A stretch of DNA of 64,000 nucleotides from Candidatus Woesebacteria bacterium RIFCSPHIGHO2_01_FULL_39_32 (GCA_001792345.1 MGGJ01000013.1:21371-85370); one strand, 5' to 3'; positions 28,736 through 42,704 are shown, counted from the stretch's first letter. Numbers and translations are program-made. Notes: generated by a model from the letters alone, not told the origin.

Positions 28736-28960
28736 TTAGTCGACAAAGAAAAATCCCCTCACGGGGCCTTCTTAACAGGAATATTCGATTATATTACAAA
28801 AAGCATTAGATTTTCTATATTAATTTCCACAGACCGATCAAAGTAACGGGTGTCAATAGGAGTACACCCGACGGGTGGATTTAAGTTCGCACCCGTTAAT
28901 CCGGAAATATCCGGTTGTTACTTGACTTCTCAATCAGCGCTTGCCGTATAATGATTGGTC

Positions 28961-31572
<2,612 letters not shown>

Positions 31573-31656
31573 AACAAACCTCTTGCAAAGCCGAAAATAT
31601 TAAAATAAAATATGATTTGGACTCAAGAAAAGAGTCTTTTTTGTATCAAATAATTT

Positions 31657-33666
31657 ATGGATATTCAATTAATTGCTTTATTTGTTGCCCCTTTAACCTC
31701 GATAGTTGCGCTAGCGTACGGAATTTATCTTAGCCGGCGTGTAATCAAAGAAGATGAAGGTTCAGATAAACTTCGAGAAATTGCAAAAGCCGTTCGCGAG
31801 GGAGCAATGTCGTACCTAAATAAACAATTCAAGGTAGTACTTCCAATTATGCTTCTTTTAGCATTTCTTATTTGGATTACTTTGGGGTTCGGAATTGCCG
31901 TAACATTTTTGCTGGGTGCAATATTTAGCGCCATAATCGGATATTTCGGGATGTGGATTGCGGTACGCGCCAACGTGCGAACCGCAAATGCCGCCCAAAG
32001 CGGACTGAACAAAGCGTTAAGAATTGCTTTTGGGGCGGGAACTGTAAACGGAATGTTGGTTGTAGGCTTAGGACTTCTTGGGGTATCCCTAATTTATATC
32101 TGGTCATATTTTAACTTCATCGCAGAGGGATCTGATGTTGTTGCCAAGCATGCAACTGAGGTTCTAGTTGGATACGGATTTGGTGCTGCGCTTTTGGCAC
32201 TTTTTATGAGAGTCGGAGGAGGAATATTCACAAAAGCAGCCGACGTTGGCGCGGACTTGGTCGGTAAAGTCGAAAAAGGAATTCCCGAAGATGACCCCAG
32301 AAACCCAGCTACAATTGCAGATAATGTCGGAGATAACGTGGGGGATTGCGCGGGAATGGCAGCCGACGTTTTTGAATCTTATGCCTTAACGATCGTCGCT
32401 GCAATGATTTTGGGCGGGCAGCTTTTCGGACTTGCCGGAGTTGTTTTTCCCCTTTTGGCCCGCTCGGGTGCAATATTAACCTCAATCTTAGGAACTTTCT
32501 TCGTCAAAGCGAAAAGCGAAAAAGAAAATCCGATTAATCCATTGATACGCGGCTTCATCATTTCTGCGATTTCGGCAGTAGTAATATTTATGCTACTTTC
32601 TACATACCTTTTGAAAGAACCAAGGGCCGGTTATGCCGCAATCACAGGAATATTTTCTATGCTTGCACTTTTGTACGTCACGAAATACTACACAGGTCCG
32701 GGAGAAAAACCCGTTGTTGCTATTGCCAAAGCTTCTCAAACGGGTGCGGGAACCAACTTAATAAGTGGAATGGCGTATGGTATGGAATCGACTTTTGTTT
32801 CAGTACTCATAATTGTTGCAACAATTCTTGTCGGTTATCTTTTCCTGGACTTTTACGGAATCGCACTCGCCGGGATGGGAATGCTGGCAACAACAGGAAT
32901 TATTATGGCTTTGGATACCTTTGGTCCAATTTCAGATAACGCGCAGGGAATGGTTGAGATGGCGGGTTTAAAAGGAAAGGCCGAAGAGGTTACTTCAGGA
33001 CTGGATGCAGTCGGAAATACGACTAAAGCTTTAACTAAAGGATTTGCAGTAGGAAGCGCGGCTGTAGCCGCATCAAGCCTTTTTGCAACATACTTTGAAG
33101 CAACCGGTTTAACTGCTATTAATATCGCGCTCCCTAAAGTTTTTATTGGGCTGCTTTTGGGAACAGCGCTACCATTTTTATTTTCTTCAAGACTTGTAGG
33201 CTCCGTAGGAAGAGCTGCATTTCAAGTTGTTGAAGAAGTTAGGCGTCAATTCAGAGAAATTAAAGGAATTATGCAAGGCCGCGCTAAACCAAACTATTCC
33301 AGGGCCGTTGCAATAGTCACTGCCGCCGCCCAAAAAGAACTTGTAATTCCAGCTGCAATTGTTGTTTTTATGCCTATCATGGTCGGATTTTTGGGCGCAG
33401 AACCATTGGGAGGATTTTTAGGGGGAGTTGTAGCATCGGGTCTCACGCTTGCTTTTTATATGTGTAATACAGGAGGAGCCTGGGATAATGCTAAAAAATA
33501 TATTGAGGACGGAAATCTGGGAGGAAAGGGAAGTGACACCCACAAGGCAGCAGTCGTAGGCGACACGGTTGGAGACCCCCTGAAAGATACGTCCGGTCCG
33601 GCACTTAATCCAATGATGAAAATTGTTCAAATCGTTGCTCTTCTTCTGGCACCGTTTTTGATTTGA
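31657..33666 (+). CDS. hppA: Membrane-bound H+-translocating pyrophosphatase (K+-independent signature GNTTK)
   Basis: Motifs DVGADLVGKVE, DNVGDNVGD, GNTTKA and GDTVGDPLKD. Confidence 0.95.
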   Translation: MDIQLIALFVAPLTSIVALAYGIYLSRRVIKEDEGSDKLREIAKAVREGAMSYLNKQFKVVLPIMLLLAFLIWITLGFGIAVTFLLGAIFSAIIGYFGMWIAVRANVRTANAAQSGLNKALRIAFGAGTVNGMLVVGLGLLGVSLIYIWSYFNFIAEGSDVVAKHATEVLVGYGFGAALLALFMRVGGGIFTKAADVGADLVGKVEKGIPEDDPRNPATIADNVGDNVGDCAGMAADVFESYALTIVAAMILGGQLFGLAGVVFPLLARSGAILTSILGTFFVKAKSEKENPINPLIRGFIISAISAVVIFMLLSTYLLKEPRAGYAAITGIFSMLALLYVTKYYTGPGEKPVVAIAKASQTGAGTNLISGMAYGMESTFVSVLIIVATILVGYLFLDFYGIALAGMGMLATTGIIMALDTFGPISDNAQGMVEMAGLKGKAEEVTSGLDAVGNTTKALTKGFAVGSAAVAASSLFATYFEATGLTAINIALPKVFIGLLLGTALPFLFSSRLVGSVGRAAFQVVEEVRRQFREIKGIMQGRAKPNYSRAVAIVTAAAQKELVIPAAIVVFMPIMVGFLGAEPLGGFLGGVVASGLTLAFYMCNTGGAWDNAKKYIEDGNLGGKGSDTHKAAVVGDTVGDPLKDTSGPALNPMMKIVQIVALLLAPFLI

Positions 33667-33723
33667 AAACCTAAAATAAGTATTCCGCTATCTTTCTAAA
33701 ACTGCTACACTGATATTTAATTT

Positions 33724-33831
33724 ATGAAACGAGCAGGAGACTTCAAACCTTTTTTGATAATTATCGCGGGTGCTATCTTGGTATTCGGAATTATTATTAT
33801 CAAATCTTTAATTTCCATCCTGTCACATTAG
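33724..33831 (+). CDS. Small membrane protein (35 aa)
   Basis: MKRAGDFKPFLIIIAGAILVFGIIIIKSLISILSH, one TM helix. Confidence 0.5.
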   Translation: MKRAGDFKPFLIIIAGAILVFGIIIIKSLISILSH

Positions 33832-33900
33832 TCAAACTTTTAAAACTTCTATTACTTAGGTTACAGAGAAATAGTTTGGGTACATTCGTTTGAGTCATTT

Positions 33901-34446
33901 TTATCCTACAGGAGAATAATTAATTTTTTTAGACTTACCTCCTAATTTCAGCGTACCTAATTTTTTATCATCCCAATTGTAAATTTTATCTTTCCAGTTT
34001 TTATTCGACTCATAGGAAGCAACAACTTCGCCAAGAAAAAGAACATGATCCATCGCATCATATTCCTCAGCAACTTTGCATTCAAAACATGCAATAGAAT
34101 TATCAATTAATGGTGGTTTAATGTGCTTTGATTGAATGAATTTTAATTTTATATTCTTTGTTTTATCGATTTTCCAACCGTGAACAGAGCCACAATATAA
34201 CACGTCTTCAACTTGCTCAAAAGAAGGAAGACATAAAACAAACTCTTTTGTATCTTTCAAAACTGAAGTTGTATAGTGGGTTTTATAAACGCTTATTACC
34301 CACGCTTTTGGTTCCCAACTCGCTAACGTAAAAAATCCGACGGGACACAGGTCTACTTTTCCCGTTTTATTTTTAGTAATAATTAAAGCAACCGCTTCAG
34401 GAAATCTGTATTTTACCACTCCTTCAATATCGTTATTTTTTAGCAT
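33901..34446 (-). CDS. Flavin reductase-like (flavoredoxin) protein
   Basis: Motifs EFVL..P, CGSVHG..DK, PPLI....ACFEC and DHVLFLGEV. Confidence 0.85.
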   Translation of the reverse strand: MLKNNDIEGVVKYRFPEAVALIITKNKTGKVDLCPVGFFTLASWEPKAWVISVYKTHYTTSVLKDTKEFVLCLPSFEQVEDVLYCGSVHGWKIDKTKNIKLKFIQSKHIKPPLIDNSIACFECKVAEEYDAMDHVLFLGEVVASYESNKNWKDKIYNWDDKKLGTLKLGGKSKKINYSPVG

Positions 34447-34526
34447 TAAGGTAAATGTAGTTCAAATGTTATCTTTTATCAATAATCTACCATGTTTTAT
34501 TTATCTTTTGGTACAATTAAAAGGAT

Positions 34527-34724
34527 ATGGATAAAAAGAATAAACTTAAAGAACTTAAGGAAAAACTTGCGCACTATGAAGAAAAATTAGCACGAGAGAT
34601 GATAGGGTATAGGGGGGTCAAGCACGAATCCGCCGTATCGGAAATTAAACATGATAAAGTCATGGTACTTCGCGACGTGGTTAACAACCTTAAAGAAGAA
34701 ATCCACAATTTGGAAAAAACTTGA
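34527..34724 (+). CDS. Small coiled-coil hypothetical protein
   Basis: 65-aa ORF with an upstream AAGGA and -10-like TACAAT. Confidence 0.6.
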   Translation: MDKKNKLKELKEKLAHYEEKLAREMIGYRGVKHESAVSEIKHDKVMVLRDVVNNLKEEIHNLEKT

Positions 34725-34935
34725 TCAAAATCCGATATTGCAACGTAATCAATCTCCGAAATTGTTTAGCTTTGAATATCGGAAAATGGCAGGCAGATTT
34801 TGCTAAATAAACTTGCTTTTTGACCGAATTTATTGTATATTACCCATCATCACCAAATAACTTCAAGCCTGCTTCAGGATCTCATGTCATCTCTCTAATT
34901 TTTAAAACACTTTAAAAATTTGACAGGTGGCTAAT

Positions 34936-35760
34936 ATGAGAAACAACCTTAAACACTTCTTAATAGGAGCACTGATTGCGGCAGTGCCAATGTCCTATGT
35001 CGTATACAACAATATACCTCATAAACCTGCTGTAACTATGATTAAAACTCCTCAAAATACCCTTAGAGCGGAGGAATTTTTGTGGAGTTCGAAGCTCAGT
35101 TCACCTAAAAAGGCAGTCAAATTATCCTCAGTGAATCTTAATATTCAAGTTTCAGCTTGGACATTTACAAATACTTTAGACCAAGTAAATATGCCTATCG
35201 AAACTCCAACTCCCACGAGTGAAGCCTCCCCAAGCACGGAGCCCTGGGACATCTTTTCTAAAGATACGCCTTCGGCGAAGGCTTCTAGCCTAGGCTCATC
35301 CATCCCCGAGTACAGAGACTCGGGGAATTCTGAATCTGTTCTTAAACCAACGCTTGCACCCAAACCGACAAGGAAACCGGAACCTAAACCTCAAAGTCAG
35401 ACGGAAGCGTACGTTATTCAATCTCAACCCGCCCCTTCCGACGTTGATACGCTAATAGAGATGTACGCAACGGAATACGGAGTTAATAAAGATATGATGG
35501 TTCACATCGCGAAATGCGAATCCGGATTCAGAAGTAATGCAGTAAATGGCCCTTATGCAGGAATTTACCAATTTGTGGCCTCAACATGGTCTTCAAACAG
35601 GCGTGCAATGGGATTAGACCCAGATCCAACTCTTCGATATAATCTTGAGGAAGCGGTAAAAACCGCTGCCTTTAAAATGTCTCGTGATGGATATGGAGCA
35701 TGGCCGGTTTGCCAAAATAAAGCTAGACGACTTCTTGGTTTAAATTCCCAAGGTATATAA
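34936..35760 (+). CDS. Membrane-anchored lytic transglycosylase/Rpf-like protein
   Basis: N-terminal TM helix, P/S/T linker, and C-terminal IAKCESG, GIYQF..STW and GAWPVC. Confidence 0.8.
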   Translation: MRNNLKHFLIGALIAAVPMSYVVYNNIPHKPAVTMIKTPQNTLRAEEFLWSSKLSSPKKAVKLSSVNLNIQVSAWTFTNTLDQVNMPIETPTPTSEASPSTEPWDIFSKDTPSAKASSLGSSIPEYRDSGNSESVLKPTLAPKPTRKPEPKPQSQTEAYVIQSQPAPSDVDTLIEMYATEYGVNKDMMVHIAKCESGFRSNAVNGPYAGIYQFVASTWSSNRRAMGLDPDPTLRYNLEEAVKTAAFKMSRDGYGAWPVCQNKARRLLGLNSQGI

Positions 35761-35778
35761 TCTTCCTAGAGCAATACA

Positions 35779-36522
35779 ATGATTCTAAGTGACCTTAAAC
35801 AAGAACTTCAATCGTTTGCGTCAAAGGGAAAGGCAGAATTTCTTCCGAGATTTTTTAAGGCGGGACCAGGCGGATATGCAGAAGGGGATAGATTTATAGG
35901 GGTAACAGTCCCGAATTGCCGTAAGGTTGCAAAAAAATACAATGATTTGCACTTAACTGAAATTCAAAAACTCCTGAGATCTAAGATTCACGAGGAAAGA
36001 CTAGTTGCGCTTTTGATTCTTGTTGAACAATTCAAAAAGGGAGACATGAAGTTAAAAGAAAAAATCTACAATTTTTATCTCAAAAATACAAAATATATTA
36101 ACAATTGGGACTTAGTTGATTTATCGGCAGACAAAATAGTAGGGAAGTATCTATATAACAATTCGAATTGTGCAACAACCTTTAAAGAGTTGCCCCCTAA
36201 AGGTACGGAGATTCTTAAATATTTGGCTAATTCGGAAAATCTCTGGGAAAGAAGAATCGCGATAATTTCTACATTCAACTTTATTAAAAGACATCGCTTT
36301 AAAGAAACTTTGGAAATTTCAAAAATACTACTAACCGATAAACATGATCTGATTCATAAAGCTGTCGGTTGGATGCTCAGGGAAGTAGGCAAGAGATCTC
36401 AGTGGAACCTTGAAAGTTTTTTAAAAAGACATTATAAACACATGCCTCGTACCATGCTTCGCTACGCGATCGAGCGACTCCCCGAGGAAAAAAGGCAAAC
36501 GTATCTTAATGGTTTGATCTAA
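35779..36522 (+). CDS. AlkD-like DNA alkylation repair protein
   Basis: Motifs INNWDLVD, WERRIA, IHKAVGWMLRE and RTMLRYAIE. Confidence 0.9.
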   Translation: MILSDLKQELQSFASKGKAEFLPRFFKAGPGGYAEGDRFIGVTVPNCRKVAKKYNDLHLTEIQKLLRSKIHEERLVALLILVEQFKKGDMKLKEKIYNFYLKNTKYINNWDLVDLSADKIVGKYLYNNSNCATTFKELPPKGTEILKYLANSENLWERRIAIISTFNFIKRHRFKETLEISKILLTDKHDLIHKAVGWMLREVGKRSQWNLESFLKRHYKHMPRTMLRYAIERLPEEKRQTYLNGLI

Positions 36523-36687
36523 GTTACAACCGATCTTGAATAATATCCTTCATAAAGAGCATTTCTCTGTGACGAAAAGTAAATAAAATTACCGTATTTT
36601 CGGTATAATCTTCTTCTTGCCTTAGTATATAAGACAAGATAGAATAGGTATAGGCTTCGAGCCTGCTTTTTTTGTCCACAAAAATTT

Positions 36688-39318
36688 ATGGAAATAGGTA
36701 AAGTACAACCCGCAAACATTATTGAGGAAATGCAAAAATCCTACTTGGACTATGCAATGAGTGTTATAGTTGCACGAGCTCTTCCTGATGTCCGAGATGG
36801 TCTGAAACCTGTGCATAGAAGAATTCTTTACGCGATGCACCAAATGGGTCTGACACACACTTCGGCTTTTACTAAAAGTGCAAAAGTGGTAGGAGAGGTC
36901 CTCGGGAAATACCACCCTCACGGTGATATGGCAGTTTACGACTCACTTGTCAGAATGGCGCAAACATTTTCGCTTCGTTATCCATTAATTAAAGGCCAGG
37001 GAAATTTTGGTTCCGTTGACGGAGATCCTCCAGCAGCGATGCGTTACACCGAAGTTAAACTTTCTTCAATCTCCGACTTCGTACTTGCCGATATCGAAAA
37101 AGAAACGGTTGATTTTCTGGATAACTTCGATGCCACACTAAAGGAGCCAGTATATTTACCTTCTCTTTTGCCAAATCTACTTCTCATGGGTTCCGAGGGT
37201 ATTGCGGTTGGAATGGCCACGAAAATTCCCCCTCACAATTTATCAGAGGTCATAGACGCAATCGTGGTCACAATCAAAAAAGGTAAAGTCACTTTTGAAC
37301 AAAAGGCTCAAAAAGATGAAGCTGAATTTGTCATCAAAAAGATTAATCTCTTGGCCTCGGGAGCTGAAGCTAAAACAGTAAACGGTGAACTAAAGCCATC
37401 CCAAGTGGGTTTTGAAAGTGATATTACAATTGAAGAGCTTGTTGAAATAATCCCAGGACCAGATTTTCCAACTGGAGGAGCAATCTATGATGCAAAATCC
37501 CTTGCAGATGTATATGCAACAGGAAGGGGAAGAATTCTGGTTCGGGGAATTGCCGAAATAAAAGAAGGAAGCAAAGGCCGTCAGCAAATTATCATTTCGG
37601 AAATTCCGTATCAAGTTAATAAAGCCAATCTCGTCAAAAAAGTTGCTGATCTAGTAAGGGAGAAAAAAATAGTCGGCATAGCGGATCTGCGGGATGAATC
37701 CGACAAAGACGGTATGCGAGTAGTAATTGATTTAAAGCGTGACGCACGCCCAAAGAGTGTTCTTAATAATCTTTTCAAACATACCCAGCTTCAAACTACT
37801 TTTCCTGCAAATTTTGTCGCACTCGTTGACGGAACACCATATACATTAAATCTCAAACAAATCGTCATCGAGTATATAAAACACCGCCAAAGAGTCGTCA
37901 CTCGAAGAACAATTTTTGAACTTACTGCCGCTAAGCGCCGCGCTCACATTTTGGAAGGATTGAAAATCGCGCTTGATAATTTGGACGAAGTTATCGCAAC
38001 CATCCGTAAAAGTAGAACCCAAGAAGATGCAAAGAGTAATTTGATAAAAAAATTCGGCCTAACCGATATACAGGCAACGGCAATTTTGGATATGCAGTTA
38101 AGGCGCCTTGCTGCACTCGAGCGGGAAAAAATTGAAAAAGAATACGAAGAAGTTAAAAAGCTTATTGATTCTCTCACTGCAATTTTGAAGGATCCCAGCA
38201 AAGTCCTCGAAATTATTGTAAAAGAATTAAGCGATCTCAAGGCTAAATTTGGCGATGCCAGAAAAACAAAAATTTATAAACAAAATATAGGAGAGTTTTC
38301 CGAAGAGGATCTTATTCCCAAAGAAGAAACCCTAATTACACTTACAAAAACCGGCTATGTTAAACGCGTTCCAAGAACTACATATCGAGCACAGCGTCGA
38401 GGAGGAAAGGGTGTAACTGGTATGACCACAAAAGAAGAAGACGAGATCGAGCAAATTATTGCAGCCACAACGCACGACATGCTTTTGTTTTTCACCAACA
38501 CAGGGAAAGTCTTCGGAACAAAGGTCTGGGAAATTCCCGAGTCTTCAAGACAATCCAAAGGTCAGGCTGTAGTAAATTTAATCCAAATTGATCAAAACGA
38601 GAAAATAATGTCAATCCTACCTTTATCTGCAGAGGGAAAAAATATATTGATGGCGACAGAAAAGGGCATTGTCAAAAAAACTCCTACTTCAGAATACAAA
38701 AACTTGAGGGCATCTGGTTTAATTGCGATTCGCCTTGATCCTGACGATTCACTTATGGGCGTTCACCAAACATCGGGGGATGATCATGTACTTTTGGTCT
38801 CTCGAAACGGCAAGGCTATCCGATTCCCGGAAGCAAATACAAGACCAATGGGTCGGGCAACAAGCGGAATGAGAGGAATAAAACTCGAAAGCGGTGACGC
38901 AGTGATTGGAATGGAAATATTCCCAGGAAGGCAGGTAACTCCCAAAGATAAACGCAGGAAGTTTTTTAAAGATATTCTGACAATTTCCGAAAACGGCCTT
39001 GGTAAAAGAACACCAATTCACCTTTTTCCAGTACAAAAAAGGGCGGGAAAGGGAGTTAAGGCTTCCGTCGTAAATGCAAAAACGGGTAAACTTACAGCCG
39101 CGTCGATGGTCACAAATGAGACTGATCAGATAGTAATTACTTCAAAAACAGGGCAAGTTATTAAGCTTCCCTTAAAAAATATTCCTCACTTAGGACGCGC
39201 TACACAAGGAGTTATCTTAATGAGATTTGCCAAAAAAGGCGATGCCGTCGCCGCCGTAGCGCCTCTTAACAAAAACGGGGATGAGGAAGAAGGCGAAGGA
39301 ACCTCAACAGCTGGTTGA
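36688..39318 (+). CDS. gyrA: DNA gyrase subunit A
   Basis: Motifs [19 protein letters not shown] and AAMRYTE; GyrA box QRRGGKG. Confidence 0.97.
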   Translation: MEIGKVQPANIIEEMQKSYLDYAMSVIVARALPDVRDGLKPVHRRILYAMHQMGLTHTSAFTKSAKVVGEVLGKYHPHGDMAVYDSLVRMAQTFSLRYPLIKGQGNFGSVDGDPPAAMRYTEVKLSSISDFVLADIEKETVDFLDNFDATLKEPVYLPSLLPNLLLMGSEGIAVGMATKIPPHNLSEVIDAIVVTIKKGKVTFEQKAQKDEAEFVIKKINLLASGAEAKTVNGELKPSQVGFESDITIEELVEIIPGPDFPTGGAIYDAKSLADVYATGRGRILVRGIAEIKEGSKGRQQIIISEIPYQVNKANLVKKVADLVREKKIVGIADLRDESDKDGMRVVIDLKRDARPKSVLNNLFKHTQLQTTFPANFVALVDGTPYTLNLKQIVIEYIKHRQRVVTRRTIFELTAAKRRAHILEGLKIALDNLDEVIATIRKSRTQEDAKSNLIKKFGLTDIQATAILDMQLRRLAALEREKIEKEYEEVKKLIDSLTAILKDPSKVLEIIVKELSDLKAKFGDARKTKIYKQNIGEFSEEDLIPKEETLITLTKTGYVKRVPRTTYRAQRRGGKGVTGMTTKEEDEIEQIIAATTHDMLLFFTNTGKVFGTKVWEIPESSRQSKGQAVVNLIQIDQNEKIMSILPLSAEGKNILMATEKGIVKKTPTSEYKNLRASGLIAIRLDPDDSLMGVHQTSGDDHVLLVSRNGKAIRFPEANTRPMGRATSGMRGIKLESGDAVIGMEIFPGRQVTPKDKRRKFFKDILTISENGLGKRTPIHLFPVQKRAGKGVKASVVNAKTGKLTAASMVTNETDQIVITSKTGQVIKLPLKNIPHLGRATQGVILMRFAKKGDAVAAVAPLNKNGDEEEGEGTSTAG

Positions 39319-39357
39319 TAAAAAACTTCTGACATAATAGAATGCTTGCAGTTTATT

Positions 39358-39840
39358 ATGTCTACTCGATTAGAATTTGGTACGCAAGAAATTTCTCTCG
39401 AAGCTTATTTAGAACGAGCTGATCCGCATATACTAAACGACCACGACGCTTTATCTAGTCTCATTACACATTTAGATCCTAGAATTATGATCCCTTTTGA
39501 GTCGCTATCGGAAAGATTAATGCCACTTAGAAGAGAAGATTTGGTTGATTTGCGTGTGTTAGCATTCATAAAACCCATGGAGTCAATAGAAACCATAAGG
39601 TTTAACTTTCCACATTCAACGCATGAAGACCACGATTGGTGGGAAGCAATTGGAGATCCCATAAAAACAGTGGAATTACTAAGATTAAACTTAGATCCAA
39701 CAACAGTTGGATTGCAAAATTGGAAACTCTTACTTTTAAGAAGAACTCCTGCAGAACAACCGGGAGATGATTGGGAATTTAGTTTCGGATGGGTCAATAA
39801 AGAAGAGTTAGAAAGATTAAGAGAGATCGCTAAGCTATAA
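39358..39840 (+). CDS. Hypothetical protein
   Basis: About 160-aa ORF with no motif recognised. Confidence 0.55.
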   Translation: MSTRLEFGTQEISLEAYLERADPHILNDHDALSSLITHLDPRIMIPFESLSERLMPLRREDLVDLRVLAFIKPMESIETIRFNFPHSTHEDHDWWEAIGDPIKTVELLRLNLDPTTVGLQNWKLLLLRRTPAEQPGDDWEFSFGWVNKEELERLREIAKL

Positions 39841-40333
39841 ACTTTTGAAAGTCTTCAGGATAGGGGTAATTATGATCGGAACGGGGTTTGGAAATGACTT
39901 TCAATTTCGGTTCAACAGAGTGGTAGAATTTTTCGGCTTCAGCATAAGGAACAAATTTATCGTTTTCATTTTGAATACAAAGAATATTTTCAACCGGAAT
40001 TTTTGCTAGGGTGGATTCAACTAATGCATATCTATCTTCTGCAACTACACTTGCGATACCACAAAGGATTACTTTATTTACTTGTGAAGATATTTTTGGA
40101 ATGAGGTTTAGCGCAACAAAAACTCCAACCGATTTTGCAATAATATTTATCTCATCATCAGCGATTTCTCCCAAAATCTTTTCAAGCTCGGATTTAAGGG
40201 ACAAACTTCCGCCTTCCAACCAATGACGCCAGTTATGAACAATTACTTCATGACCAACATTCATCTGACTTGCAATCTCTTCCGCCCATTCACGATTGTG
40301 TTCCGATAATCCCGGCAAAATTACCGTCTTCAT
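39830..40333 (-). CDS. Alpha/beta hydrolase
   Basis: Motifs ILPG, AKSVG nucleophile elbow, NDKFVP and DHNY. Confidence 0.8.
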   Translation of the reverse strand: MKTVILPGLSEHNREWAEEIASQMNVGHEVIVHNWRHWLEGGSLSLKSELEKILGEIADDEINIIAKSVGVFVALNLIPKISSQVNKVILCGIASVVAEDRYALVESTLAKIPVENILCIQNENDKFVPYAEAEKFYHSVEPKLKVISKPRSDHNYPYPEDFQKFIA

Positions 40334-41289
40334 TAATTGCCTCCTTTTCCATGAAACGCCTCGTGGATGTCACGCAGATGTTTATGGGTAACGTGGGTGT
40401 AGATTTGAGTTGTTGAGACATTTTTATGTCCAAGCATTTCCTGAACGCTCCTTAAATCAGCTCCAGCCATTAAGAGATCTGTTGCAAAAGAGTGGCGCAG
40501 AACGTGTGGAGTAACTTCTACAGGTAATTTCATTTTTTGACTATACTTTTTGATCATTCTTTGAAACGATCGGGGAGTGAGGCGCATTTTCTCGTCAAGT
40601 GTAGTCGGTTCAACCTTCCCTCTATGACGAATAAAAAGTGGCTTAAACCTGTCTGGGCGAGCTTTTAAATAATCCGAAAGCCATTTGACAGCACGGGTTG
40701 AAAGAAAGACAACACGCGCTTTACCACCCTTTCCGACAATTCCGAACTCACGCCTATCTAGATCAAGTTTATCTTTGTCCAACTTTGCAAGTTCCGACAC
40801 ACGAAGCCCTGTTGAAAATAAAACCTCAAGGATTGCTTTATCTCTTTTTCCTTGAATAGTCGAAAGGCTTGGAGCATTTAAAAGTCGATCAACTTGATCA
40901 CCGCTTAGAAATTTAACTTGCCGCTCGCTAATTTTAGGAAGGTCAATTTTATCAGGTGACATTACCTTGTAGTCATTTTTGATAAGCCAGCGCAGAAATG
41001 AACGAAGCGCAATAACATGATAAGCTTGAGTTTTTCTGCTCAAAGTACTACCTTTTCCATCTGATCGACGCGAAAGATATACCCGGTACTGCCTAACCAC
41101 TTCTGGATTTATATCTCTAAGTTCAAGCCTGATTCCTTCTTTTTCCAGCCATTCAAGATAGCGTTGCAAATAATGTTTATAGTTACGGATTGTTAGGGGA
41201 GAGGAACCTTTTTCAACCTCGAGGTATTCAAGAAACTCACTTATCTTTTTTGCAACCTCTGAAGTCTGAGTTTGGGCAGCTGCAGACAT
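40333..41289 (-). CDS. XerC/XerD-family tyrosine recombinase
   Basis: SAM-like N-terminus; motifs TGLRVSEL, GKGGK.R, HVLRHSFAT and LGHKNVSTTQIY. Confidence 0.95.
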   Translation of the reverse strand: MSAAAQTQTSEVAKKISEFLEYLEVEKGSSPLTIRNYKHYLQRYLEWLEKEGIRLELRDINPEVVRQYRVYLSRRSDGKGSTLSRKTQAYHVIALRSFLRWLIKNDYKVMSPDKIDLPKISERQVKFLSGDQVDRLLNAPSLSTIQGKRDKAILEVLFSTGLRVSELAKLDKDKLDLDRREFGIVGKGGKARVVFLSTRAVKWLSDYLKARPDRFKPLFIRHRGKVEPTTLDEKMRLTPRSFQRMIKKYSQKMKLPVEVTPHVLRHSFATDLLMAGADLRSVQEMLGHKNVSTTQIYTHVTHKHLRDIHEAFHGKGGN

Positions 41290-41350
41290 ACTTTAGACAG
41301 TTTACATCGAGTGAAGCGAGATGTCAATATTGTGCGACTAAATAAATTAC

Positions 41351-42025
41351 TTACAATATAGCCGCAACGAAGTTCAGGTTTGCACAACTTCCATTTTCTC
41401 CACTCACCCTAAATAGTCTATCCCGAAACATACCATCAAATCTTCCAATATTAGAAAGTAAAAAAATGTACGCGTCTGTATTTGAAGCAATATCCATTGC
41501 TTGTTCAGGAACGTCCTCAAACATTGCCCCGAGATTAAACATATTTATATTAAAAGATTTCAGAATTCCGCCTTTCATTTCCACAGTGGGCCAAATAGAA
41601 ATATTTTGTCTTGGGATTTTAGGCAATTTTTCCTCATACCATTCATAAGTAGATTTTATTAGTTGAGGGCGCCTGGAAGTTATTACTTTAAAAGGTATTT
41701 TAAGATCAACAAGCTTACTCGTAAACTTTTCCGCTCCCGGGAGTACTTCGGCTTGCATAAGAAAACTGGGATCAAACCAAACGTAATTCTCTAAATCTAT
41801 CGCTCGTTGTTGTGGCCATCCACTCTCAAGGGCCCATTGTCTAACTGCATGCCAATGTCTAATATCAACGTCTCTATAACCAGTTTTAAGTTCACAGTTA
41901 ACAAAATCTAAAACTAAAGTTCTTGTATCACTAATAACACCGTCGTTATCTAGACCTGGATTATTTTCCTTGAAAAATTTTTCTGCTGAGTTATTTACAA
42001 GTCTTTCTATTCTTTCGCGAGTCAT
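41351..42025 (-). CDS. HAD-superfamily 5'-nucleotidase-like protein
   Basis: Motifs LDNDGV, ITSR, K and MFED. Confidence 0.75.
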   Translation of the reverse strand: MTRERIERLVNNSAEKFFKENNPGLDNDGVISDTRTLVLDFVNCELKTGYRDVDIRHWHAVRQWALESGWPQQRAIDLENYVWFDPSFLMQAEVLPGAEKFTSKLVDLKIPFKVITSRRPQLIKSTYEWYEEKLPKIPRQNISIWPTVEMKGGILKSFNINMFNLGAMFEDVPEQAMDIASNTDAYIFLLSNIGRFDGMFRDRLFRVSGENGSCANLNFVAAIL

Positions 42026-42290
42026 GTTTTTAGCAACATGATTATATACCAATATCTTTCTGAATCTATAATAGTTTCGGGTTAAGCATTTCGTAAACCC
42101 AGCATTCCATCAGATCGATTCTAAGACCAGTGTATTAAAAAAGGTGGGTAACTTATCGTCTCAACAATAATATTTATTCCCTAATAATTAACACAATCAC
42201 TAAATAACTTAGTAACTTAATCTCTTGTATTTCCGTCGGGGGAGAGGGGTGCAGGACTTGAAAAATAACATATTAACTTCTTCGGTTTAT

Positions 42291-42704
42291 GTTCGGCATA
42301 ACTAATTTTAATAGACTTTTGACGGAGAATAAGAAATAAAATAAAGTTACAAAGTAATTGAGTTACAAAGTAACTAACACAGCAAAAATCATAAAAAAAT
42401 GCTCCACTCTGAGGTCCATTTTACTTACGTCGCAAAAGTATCATTGTACGACATTATAATATTTCCTTCTCTAGGTTCTCTCAATACTTCTAATCAAGCA
42501 ACCGCCCAGAGGATAATTAATCAAAGTCTAACGTTACTAAAAGCATTTTAACGCTAGTTCCCCCTAAGAGAAACGGATAAATATTCACTCACTTAAAAGC
42601 ACTTCTTCGGTAAATATCTAATACGTCGCAATTAGTTATCCACATTGTAAAAGGATCATAACCAAATCTATGCAACTTTTTCATCAGTTTACGTTATGCG
42701 AACA
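42291..42704. other. Cluster of degenerate dif-like (11-6-11) sites plus one DnaA box
   Basis: Sites at 42291-42318, 42427-42454, 42651-42678 and 42677-42704; TTATCCACA at 42636-42644. Confidence 0.5.

Noticed and set aside
33832-33900. Gene remnant downstream of the flavin reductase
   Set aside because: No matching sequence found elsewhere in the window and no identifiable product.
37270-37420. Intein in GyrA (about 45-aa insertion)
   Set aside because: Far too short and lacks C/S...HN splice motifs; likely a lineage-specific loop.
40333-41289. Prophage or integron integrase
   Set aside because: Typical chromosomal XerC/D size and motifs, no IntI-specific insertion evident, and no phage genes or attC array.
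42636-42644. oriC suggested by a perfect DnaA box in a long intergenic region
   Set aside because: Only one box seen and no dnaA/dnaN nearby; dif-like motifs and the adjacent xer fit better.
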